The notes below the pieces were generated by a model. It did no database searches, was not told where the DNA came from, and saw nothing but the letters and a program-made list of their open reading frames with translations. A program made the translations under genes and the position numbers. Of a stretch of DNA of 64,000 nt, positions 50,127 to 59,456 are shown one piece after another (the first letter of the stretch is position 1; every line of letters begins with the position of its first letter). The stretch comes from a virus (lineage: Duplodnaviria > Caudoviricetes), in IMG/VR virus record IMGVR_UViG_3300028549_000507, positions 128,001 to 192,000 of that record. One strand, 5' to 3'.

Positions 50127-50160
50127 GTAAACAAGTTATTGGAATATATAACTTGTTTAC
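50127..50160 (+). promoter_or_regulatory. 13-bp palindrome containing a late-type promoter (possible terminator/promoter dual element)
   Basis: GTAAACAAGTTAT-N8-ATAACTTGTTTAC; AACA AGTTAT TG at 50130-50141; T-rich tail follows. Confidence 0.55.
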
Positions 50161-50183
50161 CTATTTATTTTATGGAGGGCATT

Positions 50184-50591
50184 ATGTCTAAAGAAAAAAC
50201 GTTTCAGTTGGGAGCACTCGTCCAAGTTGAAGGACTTCTTCAGAAAGTAAGAAGTTCATCAAAATCTCTTCCAGGCTCTGTAGTTTTGGATCTCAGAGAC
50301 TCAGTTGAGGTTATTGAAAAACTTATCAATAACTTCAAAACTCTTAGAGAAGAAAAGATTACAGAACTTGGAAAAACTAATGAGGAAGATGGAAGTATCT
50401 CTATTGATAAAGAGTCTCCAGAGTTCCAGGTTATGGTTGAATTCGTTGCGGAAACTCTTAACAAAGAAGTTACTTATACTATCGTTAATCCGGTAAATAT
50501 TCGTGCACTCGCTGTTGCAAAAGAGCTTCCTTTCGATATCGATGAACTCGATGCGCTTGTTGATCTTGGAATCCTTTCGGACGACAAGTAA
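50184..50591 (+). CDS. Small acidic protein after the tail fibre (DUF1617-like; possible fibre chaperone)
   Basis: GGAGGG RBS before ATG at 50184; helical with acidic C-terminus; family call by resemblance only. Confidence 0.5.
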   Translation: MSKEKTFQLGALVQVEGLLQKVRSSSKSLPGSVVLDLRDSVEVIEKLINNFKTLREEKITELGKTNEEDGSISIDKESPEFQVMVEFVAETLNKEVTYTIVNPVNIRALAVAKELPFDIDELDALVDLGILSDDK

Positions 50592-50599
50592 TTGTAATT

Positions 50600-50626
50600 G
50601 AGAGGGAGTAATCCCTCTCTTTCTTT
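50600..50626 (+). terminator. Intrinsic terminator with GNRA loop
   Basis: GAGAGGGA-GTAA-TCCCTCTC-TTTCTTT. Confidence 0.85.
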
Positions 50627-50641
50627 ATTGGAGAAAATACT

Positions 50642-51379
50642 ATGTATAAAGACAAACTTAAAGTTCTTGTAGATTTAACTACTAAGATCTATGAACATTG
50701 TGAAAAGAATAACCTAATCTGCGACATGGTGTATGTTGATGGCGGCGAGTGTACGGGTACTACTACGGCAGTTGCGAAGATTTGTGAGAAACTTCCTAAG
50801 TCATCAAAAAGAAGAGAGCCATCTCAAGAGTGTAAAGATACTACTCTTAAAGAGTTCTTTGAAAATGGTTCAATCGTCAACCCATCAGAATATTTGCACA
50901 CACTCCTAAATATATTCCTAACAGATAGAAAAGCTAACCAAGCTAATACTAAAAAAGGTACTATTACTGTAAGTGATAGGGGTATATTCTCTACAATAAT
51001 ATACCAGTCAGGTATTCTGGATACTGAGATTAGTATAGAAGATGTTATAGCGAATTGTGATGTTATCTTTGATGAGTTTGTTAAAATGGGAATTAAAATA
51101 CCTAAATTAGCAATTAATTTGATTTCAGTGGATGGCGATCATGCTTTGGATACTGCCGAATTCAAACGTCGTTTAGATAAACGTACAAAGAATAATGAAC
51201 AAGATCTAGATAATATGGATAACGTTATCATGATGAATATAGTTAACAAGGTATATTCTGATTTAAGTTTGGATCTCAAAAAGAATACTAATATTCAAAA
51301 TCTTATAGTTATTGATTTTAAATGTAGTATTGATGATGTCGTGAAATATTCACTAGCCGAGATTAATTCTAGATTTTAA
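50642..51379 (+). CDS. tmk: Thymidylate/dNMP kinase-like protein with altered P-loop
   Basis: YVDGGECTGTTT P-loop-like motif, REPS, and SDRGIFSTIIYQ (DR..S...YQ motif). Confidence 0.7.
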   Translation: MYKDKLKVLVDLTTKIYEHCEKNNLICDMVYVDGGECTGTTTAVAKICEKLPKSSKRREPSQECKDTTLKEFFENGSIVNPSEYLHTLLNIFLTDRKANQANTKKGTITVSDRGIFSTIIYQSGILDTEISIEDVIANCDVIFDEFVKMGIKIPKLAINLISVDGDHALDTAEFKRRLDKRTKNNEQDLDNMDNVIMMNIVNKVYSDLSLDLKKNTNIQNLIVIDFKCSIDDVVKYSLAEINSRF

Positions 51380-51383
51380 ATAA

Positions 51384-51414
51384 TAATGTAGGAGGGTATA
51401 TCCCTCCTACATTA
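51384..51414. terminator. Bidirectional terminator between convergent genes
   Basis: TAATGTAGGAGGG/CCCTCCTACATTA inverted repeat. Confidence 0.75.
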
Positions 51415-51418
51415 CTTA

Positions 51419-54400
51419 TCATTTTACTTTATACGGATATATTAGAGCTTTATAGTTTTCACCAAACTCATCATCGATATCTAACTTATACAAATGATGC
51501 AAATTATCATTTGTATAAAAATGTAATCCATTTTTACAAACTACACATATACTATTGAAGCTAGAAACATCTAATCCTAATATGACATTTACACTATCAA
51601 AATTTTTAATAGCAGTATATAAGTTATCTTCACAATCTATATAACCAAACTCATTAGTATCTGTAACTGTGTATAGTCTACTATTAAGTGAGTCACATTT
51701 TACAAATCTAACATTTGTTTTAAGTATATGAAATCCCGACGATTGTGGTGCATAATTATACAACACATTCCCAGATATACCATACACATACCCAATATCA
51801 GTTATAAATACCTCATCAAATATAATACTAGAAGAATTATATCTTGTACAATTGGATAGTCCAGAATCGACTTTTCCATACATATTATCGCCCAAGTAAA
51901 TAGAAGCGATTACATTATTCTCAAATACAAACAATATATGATTACCAGAAGTTTTAACATCTTTAAGTATCCAGAATATATTAAGATCTATGATCTTATA
52001 CAATATAGATAATGATTCATCATATATAATTATACTATTTGAAATTTGTATAATATTAAAAGAACTTCTATGGAAATGTACTGGTTGGGCGACATTCTTT
52101 GGAACTTTAATACCAAGTTTATAACTCTTATCATCTATATCAGCGATGGTCGTATCTTGATTAAATTTCCCAATCATCACATCATATTGAATAGAGTCTA
52201 CACTATTGATATTGTTTTCTATAGAAGCACCCATACATATCCCAAACACCTCATCGGAATAATAATCTCTAACAATACTAGATTCAATTATATCCTCAGA
52301 TACGACCAATCTAAATATATCATCTCCACGTATATCAATTTCTTCTACAAATTTACAATTTGGAAGTAAATATTCAACGCCGTCCTTAGATACTATAATA
52401 TCAATATAAAATCTTGACATTTTTTCGAATCTTACAAAACTATAATCTAAAGGTATACCTTCAATATTGGATTCGTCCAGTATATTTATATTGTTATTAT
52501 TTGAATGATTTGATATAAAGATAGAATCGTCAGTCATATTCATAAACCTTATAGAGTTATTTATATATGAGAATTCAATACACTCTTTGACATAATTTTC
52601 AAAATAACCCAATATAACAATACTAGAATCCACTAAAGATCTATATTCAAGTCTACAATTAGAATGATCAATATGATCCTGTATAAACAAGTATACGTGA
52701 TCATAGATAAATTTTACAGGCGTTATACTATATCTCGAATCGGAATATGAAATAGTATTCATAGATCCGGTTTGTGGATTGTATAAAGAAATCTCACTAT
52801 AACCTAATTTATTGAATGTTTCTTTCGTATAATATATCTGATAAACTCCATCGTGTTCATCATAGTCAAAAGCAGAAGTATTCCCATATATAATAATATT
52901 TGATCCAGTTGTCTCAAACATAACCTTATCGGTTAGTATTATATGATTATTCTCTTCATTGACTTTAATCGATATCATCTTTGGAATAGTAATGAACTTA
53001 TATCTAGTAATTGTAGAAGAACCTTTAGATGCAGTAAATACTTCACTAGAGGACAATAGATTATATTTATTAATCTTATACTCTATACACTTAGAATCCT
53101 CAGTATATATAATATCTGACAATCCTCGAATAGTTGTGAATTCAAGTTCATTATACAATCCGCCATTGGAATTACCAATAATAGTTCCACAAGTTTTAGC
53201 AATAAAAAGAGAACTATCATTATGTCTAACATTATTAGAATAATTATATTCCGGTTGACTAAATTCAACAGATAGTGTAATCATATTAAATAAAACAATA
53301 TATGTACTTGTTTTATATATTATAACATTACCCTTATGAGTCATAGTTATCTTACCAACTCCTGCAACTATAGGAGATATATTTTTAACAATAGTATTAT
53401 TCTTATATATACTTATATTATTTGCAAATCTACGAATAGTATATAGATCATTTCCAATAGTCAATGAATCTATGCAAGATTTATCAGAAACGTATGCAGC
53501 CACTCCAACTATTAGACTTGTATTAAGTATAACATCTATCGAAGTTGTTAATATCTTAATATCAGATCCGCTTCTATAGAATCTAATAAACTTAGTATTG
53601 TTTGCAATATTATATATCGGTTTCAACTTCTCAATCATTACAGAATCTATCAATAAGAATTTATAAACAACACCTCTGTTATATATGAGAATGTTATCTA
53701 TATTTGATCCGCTCTTATTAGGAATTGATCTAGGATTAGTACTAAGTAGATCATATTCATCATTAATATCAATCTTCTCAAATGTAACACTTCCTCCGGA
53801 AATACGAAGTATATAAATCGCAGAGATCTTAACAGAGTCTATCGAATGGATTCCGATATATATATCGCTACCGGATCTTTCTACAAAATCTAATCTAAAT
53901 GAAGGTATACTCACACCGATATTATTTAAAATATCATGGTAAACTACATCATTCTCAATATCATTCACAGTAAGAGTACTTGAATCATATATCGCAAGTA
54001 TATCATTATTAATACTAGATTTGTAACTAGCATTAATATCTGCATATCCCAATCTACTATTAGTATTAGTAAGTATATCCACAAGATCAATTACAATCGT
54101 AGATTCCGATGTACTAATATATGCAACATCGTTATACATTTCTATATTTTTTATATACTTATGTTTTATATTAGAAACAATTGTCAAAACTTCAATATCA
54201 CCATTATAAAACTTAGTAAACTTATCATTCAACATGATAGATAAGTTTCCGAATTTCAAATATTTGTTAGATCCATATAATATATTGGAATTCTTTTGGA
54301 GAAGTTGTTGCGTCAAATTGAAGTTAGTATCATTACCTATGACAATTGACGTATTTGTAAAATTACAAATATAACTTTTTATAGTAGAATTATCCATTAC

Positions 54401-56155
54401 AAAGAATTTAACACTATTGGAATCGGTATAGTATTTACTTCCTAGAAAGTTATTAAACGAAAGTGGTATCTGGATACTGCACTGCGTTCTATCTAAAGAT
54501 GTGATCACTATCCCAGTTTTAGATATAAAATTCGATCTAACGAATCTGGTTGATCCAACCTTAAACTCGCTTAATAAACATGCTTTATAATCTACTCCGG
54601 TATCGAATACATGTATATTCAAGAATGTTTCAATATCATCAGACAATGTAACATCATCAGATTCCATCTGAGAGAAGTCTCCTAATGGTAATCTTATAAT
54701 GTGATCATTAGTAAATATAAATATATTACCCATATCGGTTTTTGTTTGGAGCTTATTCATAACTTTAGTATTTGTATTTATACACAAACCTACAGATGTA
54801 AACAAACCTACAAATTTAACAAAATTAATATACTCAGAAGTACTATCGCTAAATGTTATAGTGATATAATCGCCTATAATCTTTATATTAGTGATATATT
54901 TACCAGAATCTCTATTTGAAACAATATTCTTTCTAGAAGATTTTTCAATTTTAGAACCATTATACCCTATGATATGAATAGATTCATTATCGTAAGATAT
55001 ATTGATTTTATCAGAAGATACTTCATTGTCACCGATAATAGTATCTGTGTAACTAATATCATATTTCAGAGTAGTACCATCACAATATACGATTGATCCG
55101 CCAAATATAGGATCATTTTTAATACCTATAAAGTAATTAGTTACACTACTCCCGAATATAGAACTTATATAAAATTCAAAATCTATAAGATTGGAATTTT
55201 GTGAACTAAGTATAGCATAACTCTTATTACATATCAGTACAGGAGTATTCCCAATACAAGATATTTTTTCATAAGTTTTTCCAACGTTACCAGTAATAGT
55301 ATACTCTGTTTGTACATTATTATGAAATTTGGAAACACTATAACTACCGTTAAGATTTGTAGTAATAAATATAAATGAATCATTTACACATTTAATATAA
55401 GTTACAACTTTATTTGAAGAAGCTATAGCTAATTTACTGGTTGCCATACTAAGTAAATTAAAGTAATACAGTCCATTTGTAGTACTAAATAAAATATTAC
55501 CAGAAGAATCTACATCTATAAAAGTTATAACCTTTGCAGTATTAAACTCATCATATACGATTGCAGATTTATTAGATATTTTATCAGTATATTTTTCAAG
55601 ATCATTCATACTATGTACTGTAGACGTTTTTGATTCAACATTGTATACAGTAATATAACAGCCTCTGTGAATATTATAGAGAATACCATTCTTATAGAAT
55701 GACATTATTACAGATGAATTTGAATATTGGTGAAACGGATTAAAGTTATCAGACACTCTATCCATTTCATACTCAATATTTAAACACAAATCATTAGATA
55801 CTCCAGTCAATCCTACTTCCGAATTTCTATCGGAATCATCGGAATCAAGTATCATTATACTTGAATCATTCATAGAGAATTTTTTATCATTTACAGAGGA
55901 ATCGATAGTGGATTCCCCTGTACTGAGGTTTATTCTTTTGAAAGTATTCTCGCCCACATTATACATAATATCGGTAGGAGCATTTCCAAAATCCAACCCA
56001 ACTATATCAGATATAAGTTTAGATTTATCAAATATTACATCGGATAAATCTAAGTTTATATCACGTACTTCACTAGCATTTACAAATTGTTCCTGAACCT
56101 GCTCATAGTTAAAATGAGTTGGTTTAGGAAAATTGTTTCTATTAATAAATCCCAT
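51419..56155 (-). CDS. Large beta-propeller-like virion protein
   Basis: 1578 aa of short beta strands, similar in composition to 27617 and 32099; its start overlaps the upstream stop by 1 nt. Confidence 0.6.
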   Translation of the reverse strand: MGFINRNNFPKPTHFNYEQVQEQFVNASEVRDINLDLSDVIFDKSKLISDIVGLDFGNAPTDIMYNVGENTFKRINLSTGESTIDSSVNDKKFSMNDSSIMILDSDDSDRNSEVGLTGVSNDLCLNIEYEMDRVSDNFNPFHQYSNSSVIMSFYKNGILYNIHRGCYITVYNVESKTSTVHSMNDLEKYTDKISNKSAIVYDEFNTAKVITFIDVDSSGNILFSTTNGLYYFNLLSMATSKLAIASSNKVVTYIKCVNDSFIFITTNLNGSYSVSKFHNNVQTEYTITGNVGKTYEKISCIGNTPVLICNKSYAILSSQNSNLIDFEFYISSIFGSSVTNYFIGIKNDPIFGGSIVYCDGTTLKYDISYTDTIIGDNEVSSDKINISYDNESIHIIGYNGSKIEKSSRKNIVSNRDSGKYITNIKIIGDYITITFSDSTSEYINFVKFVGLFTSVGLCINTNTKVMNKLQTKTDMGNIFIFTNDHIIRLPLGDFSQMESDDVTLSDDIETFLNIHVFDTGVDYKACLLSEFKVGSTRFVRSNFISKTGIVITSLDRTQCSIQIPLSFNNFLGSKYYTDSNSVKFFVMDNSTIKSYICNFTNTSIVIGNDTNFNLTQQLLQKNSNILYGSNKYLKFGNLSIMLNDKFTKFYNGDIEVLTIVSNIKHKYIKNIEMYNDVAYISTSESTIVIDLVDILTNTNSRLGYADINASYKSSINNDILAIYDSSTLTVNDIENDVVYHDILNNIGVSIPSFRLDFVERSGSDIYIGIHSIDSVKISAIYILRISGGSVTFEKIDINDEYDLLSTNPRSIPNKSGSNIDNILIYNRGVVYKFLLIDSVMIEKLKPIYNIANNTKFIRFYRSGSDIKILTTSIDVILNTSLIVGVAAYVSDKSCIDSLTIGNDLYTIRRFANNISIYKNNTIVKNISPIVAGVGKITMTHKGNVIIYKTSTYIVLFNMITLSVEFSQPEYNYSNNVRHNDSSLFIAKTCGTIIGNSNGGLYNELEFTTIRGLSDIIYTEDSKCIEYKINKYNLLSSSEVFTASKGSSTITRYKFITIPKMISIKVNEENNHIILTDKVMFETTGSNIIIYGNTSAFDYDEHDGVYQIYYTKETFNKLGYSEISLYNPQTGSMNTISYSDSRYSITPVKFIYDHVYLFIQDHIDHSNCRLEYRSLVDSSIVILGYFENYVKECIEFSYINNSIRFMNMTDDSIFISNHSNNNNINILDESNIEGIPLDYSFVRFEKMSRFYIDIIVSKDGVEYLLPNCKFVEEIDIRGDDIFRLVVSEDIIESSIVRDYYSDEVFGICMGASIENNINSVDSIQYDVMIGKFNQDTTIADIDDKSYKLGIKVPKNVAQPVHFHRSSFNIIQISNSIIIYDESLSILYKIIDLNIFWILKDVKTSGNHILFVFENNVIASIYLGDNMYGKVDSGLSNCTRYNSSSIIFDEVFITDIGYVYGISGNVLYNYAPQSSGFHILKTNVRFVKCDSLNSRLYTVTDTNEFGYIDCEDNLYTAIKNFDSVNVILGLDVSSFNSICVVCKNGLHFYTNDNLHHLYKLDIDDEFGENYKALIYPYKVK

Positions 56156-57987
56156 TATTTAGTCCTATATGAAGTTATGTTTGCATCCCACGACTCTACA
56201 ATACCCGCATCAACGTTTCTAGTAAGTCTTAGTCCAATTTTAGATCCTTCTAGATTTCTATCACCAAGAGTAGGAACTTTAGTTACATCACTATAATCAG
56301 AATCCTTAACGTTTACAGGAGTTCCGATTGTACCAATATATCCCCACCCGTCTCCTCCAGGTATAACTCCGGTTATACTCGGAACTGCTGTAACAACCCA
56401 AAATCTACCATTATAATATACGATATCACCTGTTTTATATGTAGCATTTATATCAAATATATAAAACATAAGTTTCCAATATTCTTCATTTATTGGAAAT
56501 ATGCCCTTACAATTTTTTAAACAAAGCCATATTGCAGAGTTATACATATAGTATTTCCCAGCAATACAATCCATGTCTGCCGTTATGGTTGGGAATTTAC
56601 TAAAATCTATTTCAATAGATCTTGTAGGTTTCGATCCTATTATAAAATTATGAGTAAAGATATTGTTTTTAATTCTACTAATTATAAGATCAATTAGTTT
56701 ATTAAATTTAACTCTATCTATATACAAATATAGCGTATACACTTTATTAGAATCACAACCTTTAACAGTATATATCAGATCGGAAATGATATCAGAAAAT
56801 ATAACAGAACTATCTTCTATATATTCACCGTTTTCATACACATGTGCAACAAATAAATCAGCACGTTCTTTTGGATATAGTCTATCGAATATATTATATT
56901 CAAAAGAGTTTGGATTCATAAATTGAGATAATTGCAATTCTTCATCAATTTCCTCAACAAAGAATTCTTCTCGAATAAGCAACTCAACTCCCTGCATAAC
57001 TGATTTAATATACGATCTGTCTTCGATCCATACATTGTTACTATATTTAACAGGAACGTTACACCATTTATCATATTCAACATTCTTAAAATAAGTTTCA
57101 TCTATGATTGCTTTATTTGGAATATTGAATGTTTTATAGTTGAATATGTACGAGTTTGGTAATTTAAAATCGAGAACAGCATTGAATTCATAAGTAAACT
57201 TATCATAAACTTCACTATTCTTATCAGAATTCTCACCATCTTTAGATTCCGCTTCCTGTAGGAAGTAGTGTAGTCTAAACACCCTCTCCATAACCATCCA
57301 TATATTATCATTCACACCTTCGGTTCTTATGCCGAAATCAGTAGTTCCTTTTTCATTCATATAATCAATGACTTTTTTAACATCATCGTAATCGCTCATT
57401 GTTATAGTACCATCTTCAAATGCTAATCTCGCCAAATCATATATCATCATATTAGGCATGATTATATTGGTCTTAAACCCATTTAAAACATTATGCTTTC
57501 TAAACGGAAGAGTGTTAAATATGAAACTTTTGAACGTATTTAAGTCCGCTTTAGTATCAAAGTCAATCTTAAATGTAAGTTCCAATTTTCTACGAATCTC
57601 AATAGTATCAAGCATCAATCCTGCGAATCCATCTCTAAGCATAGGGAGTCTATGATTGTTTACAAGGTTCCTATCAGTCGTAGTCCCGGGAAACATACTA
57701 TACTGGCGAGTATCAGGACCACCATCATCCTTAGACCATAGATCAGTGATACCGCCATTAGTAGTAACTGTTAGTGTCGGCTTCATAACTTTCGCAGGAT
57801 TTTCTAAACCATTCTCTCTACGTTTATGATCATTAACCATACCTAAAGTATCTATATAAACAGATCCTTCTTGAAACGTTTTATCTGGGAGATGGTTTAA
57901 AAGGTATCTAACGAACGTATGCGTTATATCCGATACACACATATCAAGTCCTGATACGGCGTATGTATTTGTATTCCACGTACTCAT
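56155..57987 (-). CDS. Putative virion protein (neck/tail-completion-like N-terminus) with C-terminal CBM5/12-like modules
   Basis: Late-type promoter; GAGG RBS before 57987; ATYKTGDIVYYNGRFWVV...PGGDGW module. Confidence 0.55.
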   Translation of the reverse strand: MSTWNTNTYAVSGLDMCVSDITHTFVRYLLNHLPDKTFQEGSVYIDTLGMVNDHKRRENGLENPAKVMKPTLTVTTNGGITDLWSKDDGGPDTRQYSMFPGTTTDRNLVNNHRLPMLRDGFAGLMLDTIEIRRKLELTFKIDFDTKADLNTFKSFIFNTLPFRKHNVLNGFKTNIIMPNMMIYDLARLAFEDGTITMSDYDDVKKVIDYMNEKGTTDFGIRTEGVNDNIWMVMERVFRLHYFLQEAESKDGENSDKNSEVYDKFTYEFNAVLDFKLPNSYIFNYKTFNIPNKAIIDETYFKNVEYDKWCNVPVKYSNNVWIEDRSYIKSVMQGVELLIREEFFVEEIDEELQLSQFMNPNSFEYNIFDRLYPKERADLFVAHVYENGEYIEDSSVIFSDIISDLIYTVKGCDSNKVYTLYLYIDRVKFNKLIDLIISRIKNNIFTHNFIIGSKPTRSIEIDFSKFPTITADMDCIAGKYYMYNSAIWLCLKNCKGIFPINEEYWKLMFYIFDINATYKTGDIVYYNGRFWVVTAVPSITGVIPGGDGWGYIGTIGTPVNVKDSDYSDVTKVPTLGDRNLEGSKIGLRLTRNVDAGIVESWDANITSYRTK

Positions 57988-58015
57988 AATTACCTCAAAC
58001 ATTTATATTTATTAT

Positions 58016-58027
58016 CATTATAATGTT
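58016..58027 (-). promoter_or_regulatory. Late-type promoter AACA-N6-TR
   Basis: Minus strand AACA TTATAA TG. Confidence 0.65.
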
Positions 58028-58033
58028 TTTGAT

Positions 58034-58067
58034 AAAAAAAAAAGAGGTATTTCTACCTCTTTTTTTT
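58034..58067 (-). terminator. Intrinsic terminator with GNRA loop
   Basis: Minus strand GAGGTA-GAAA-TACCTC flanked by A/T runs on both sides. Confidence 0.8.
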
Positions 58068-58254
58068 ATTTTCTTTTGGAAGCCTCAACAGCGTCCTCCG
58101 CTTTTGTGAGCTCCTCAAGGAGCTCACTACTTCTTTGACTGCACTTCTGTGCAGTCAAAATATTTCCCTCTGCAAGGTTTTTATCCCTTGCAGAGGTCAT
58201 GATGCTCAGGTCATTTTGAAGCGATGCAATATGCATTTGTGCCGAATACGTCAT
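58066..58254 (-). CDS. Small helical hypothetical protein
   Basis: 62 aa; AAGGAG RBS; own promoter-like motif and terminator. Confidence 0.7.
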   Translation of the reverse strand: MTYSAQMHIASLQNDLSIMTSARDKNLAEGNILTAQKCSQRSSELLEELTKAEDAVEASKRK

Positions 58255-58317
58255 GGTAATCTCCTTTATAGAATTTTATAGGATTCGAATCAGTCAATCC
58301 GAATCCCTTGTACACTA

Positions 58318-58337
58318 TTAGATATATACATCAAAAA
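58318..58337 (-). promoter_or_regulatory. Variant early-type promoter
   Basis: Minus strand TTTTTGATGTATATATCTAA. Confidence 0.35.
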
Positions 58338-58344
58338 TCGGTTA

Positions 58345-58698
58345 TTACGATTTAACACCATATATGTAATTTGTAATATCTCGCACATCATTCTGGAAAT
58401 CATTAAGATCGAAATACATCAATTCATGAGTAATAGTCTTCATACTAGCAGACTTCTTTGATGGAGCTGTAACGATTTGAATGATTTTGCATTTTGGAAA
58501 ATAACCATTATAAGCTTTAAATGTATTCATCCACTTCTTATATTTCTCATCACGAGGATCATGAATATGTACAGACGATATCAATCTATCATCAGTATTA
58601 ATGATAAGTTTTTCCGAGATATTACCAAATCCAACCAACGGTTGTATCTCAATAAAATGAGAGTTTTCAATTTTTTGAAACATAAGTTCTCCTAACAA
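58345..58698 (-). CDS. Hypothetical protein
   Basis: 117-aa ORF overlapping the upstream gene end. Confidence 0.6.
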   Translation of the reverse strand: MLGELMFQKIENSHFIEIQPLVGFGNISEKLIINTDDRLISSVHIHDPRDEKYKKWMNTFKAYNGYFPKCKIIQIVTAPSKKSASMKTITHELMYFDLNDFQNDVRDITNYIYGVKS

Positions 58699-59138
58699 AC
58701 TACTACATGATTAAGTACTTCTAAACACTCTTTACCTTTATACAACTTGATGATATCATAAGGTCTACTACCATAGAGTCTTATATATTCTATGAGATGA
58801 ACTATCATTTCATCAGTCATATCATCCATCAATTCGAAAGAATCTTTCCAAATTCCATCAGAATCTCGTTCATATGAATCATATAACTCATCGTCTGGAT
58901 CCGAACTAATGTTTTCAAACTTATCATAATCTTTAATACAAATTACTGGGGCTGGTGGTGATATAAAGGTCATAGTGTCATGTAATGTCATTATACTACA
59001 ACTATACCTATCGAATATAATCTGGTCAAATTCTCCATCTTCATTTAACGGAATCACATCTTTAGATAGAGATTTCAATAAATCTAATCTGTAATCACTT
59101 TCATCTGGCTCAAAGTACTCATTAGTTACACCCATCAT
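58692..59138 (-). CDS. Hypothetical acidic protein
   Basis: 148 aa; AAGGAG RBS. Confidence 0.7.
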   Translation of the reverse strand: MMGVTNEYFEPDESDYRLDLLKSLSKDVIPLNEDGEFDQIIFDRYSCSIMTLHDTMTFISPPAPVICIKDYDKFENISSDPDDELYDSYERDSDGIWKDSFELMDDMTDEMIVHLIEYIRLYGSRPYDIIKLYKGKECLEVLNHVVVC

Positions 59139-59292
59139 CAGTCTCCTTTAAAATTTTCAAATAGATTATCCAATTAACTATATAGTTAAATGGTAAATAA
59201 AATAAATACTCAACTAAATCCCAACCCGTAGGACGTTCTTTCCACTCTATGACATCTTTAATAACCGTAAATATTGACGGGAACTTATACAT
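59122..59292 (-). CDS. Small unlisted ORF (56 aa, hydrophobic C-half)
   Basis: Hand translation MYKFPSIFTVIKDVIEWKERPTGWDLVEYLFYLPFNYIVNWIIYLKILKETDDGCN; AGGAGAG RBS; below the track's 60-aa cutoff. Confidence 0.65.
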   Translation of the reverse strand: MYKFPSIFTVIKDVIEWKERPTGWDLVEYLFYLPFNYIVNWIIYLKILKETDDGCN

Positions 59293-59304
59293 GATACTCT
59301 CCTA

Positions 59305-59320
59305 ATAATATATATTCAAT
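59305..59320 (-). promoter_or_regulatory. Variant early-type promoter
   Basis: Minus strand ATTGAATATATATTAT directly before the RBS of the 56-aa ORF. Confidence 0.4.
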
Positions 59321-59336
59321 ACACGACTTTAAAACA

Positions 59337-59365
59337 TACCCAGGAACCCTTTTTGGGCTCCCAGA
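59337..59365 (-). terminator. Terminator after tRNA-Arg
   Basis: Minus strand GGGAGCCC-AAAAA-GGGTTCCT stem followed by a T-rich tail. Confidence 0.6.
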
Positions 59366-59382
59366 TATATTTTTCATTAAAT

Positions 59383-59456
59383 TATCCCAAATATGACTCG
59401 AACATATACTCCCCGACTTAGAAGGTCGGTGCTTTATCCAATTAAGCTATTGGGAC
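59383..59456 (-). tRNA. tRNA-Arg (UCU)
   Basis: Cloverleaf: GTCCCAA/TTGGGAT acceptor, GCTT/AAGC D-stem, CCGAC-CTTCTAA-GTCGG anticodon arm, ATATG-TTCGAGT-CATAT T-arm; no encoded CCA. Confidence 0.92.

Noticed and set aside
26385-56155. Diversity-generating retroelement or invertible tail-fibre cassette
   Set aside because: No reverse transcriptase or invertase, and no template/variable repeat pair or long inverted repeats noticed by eye; elements outside the window cannot be excluded.
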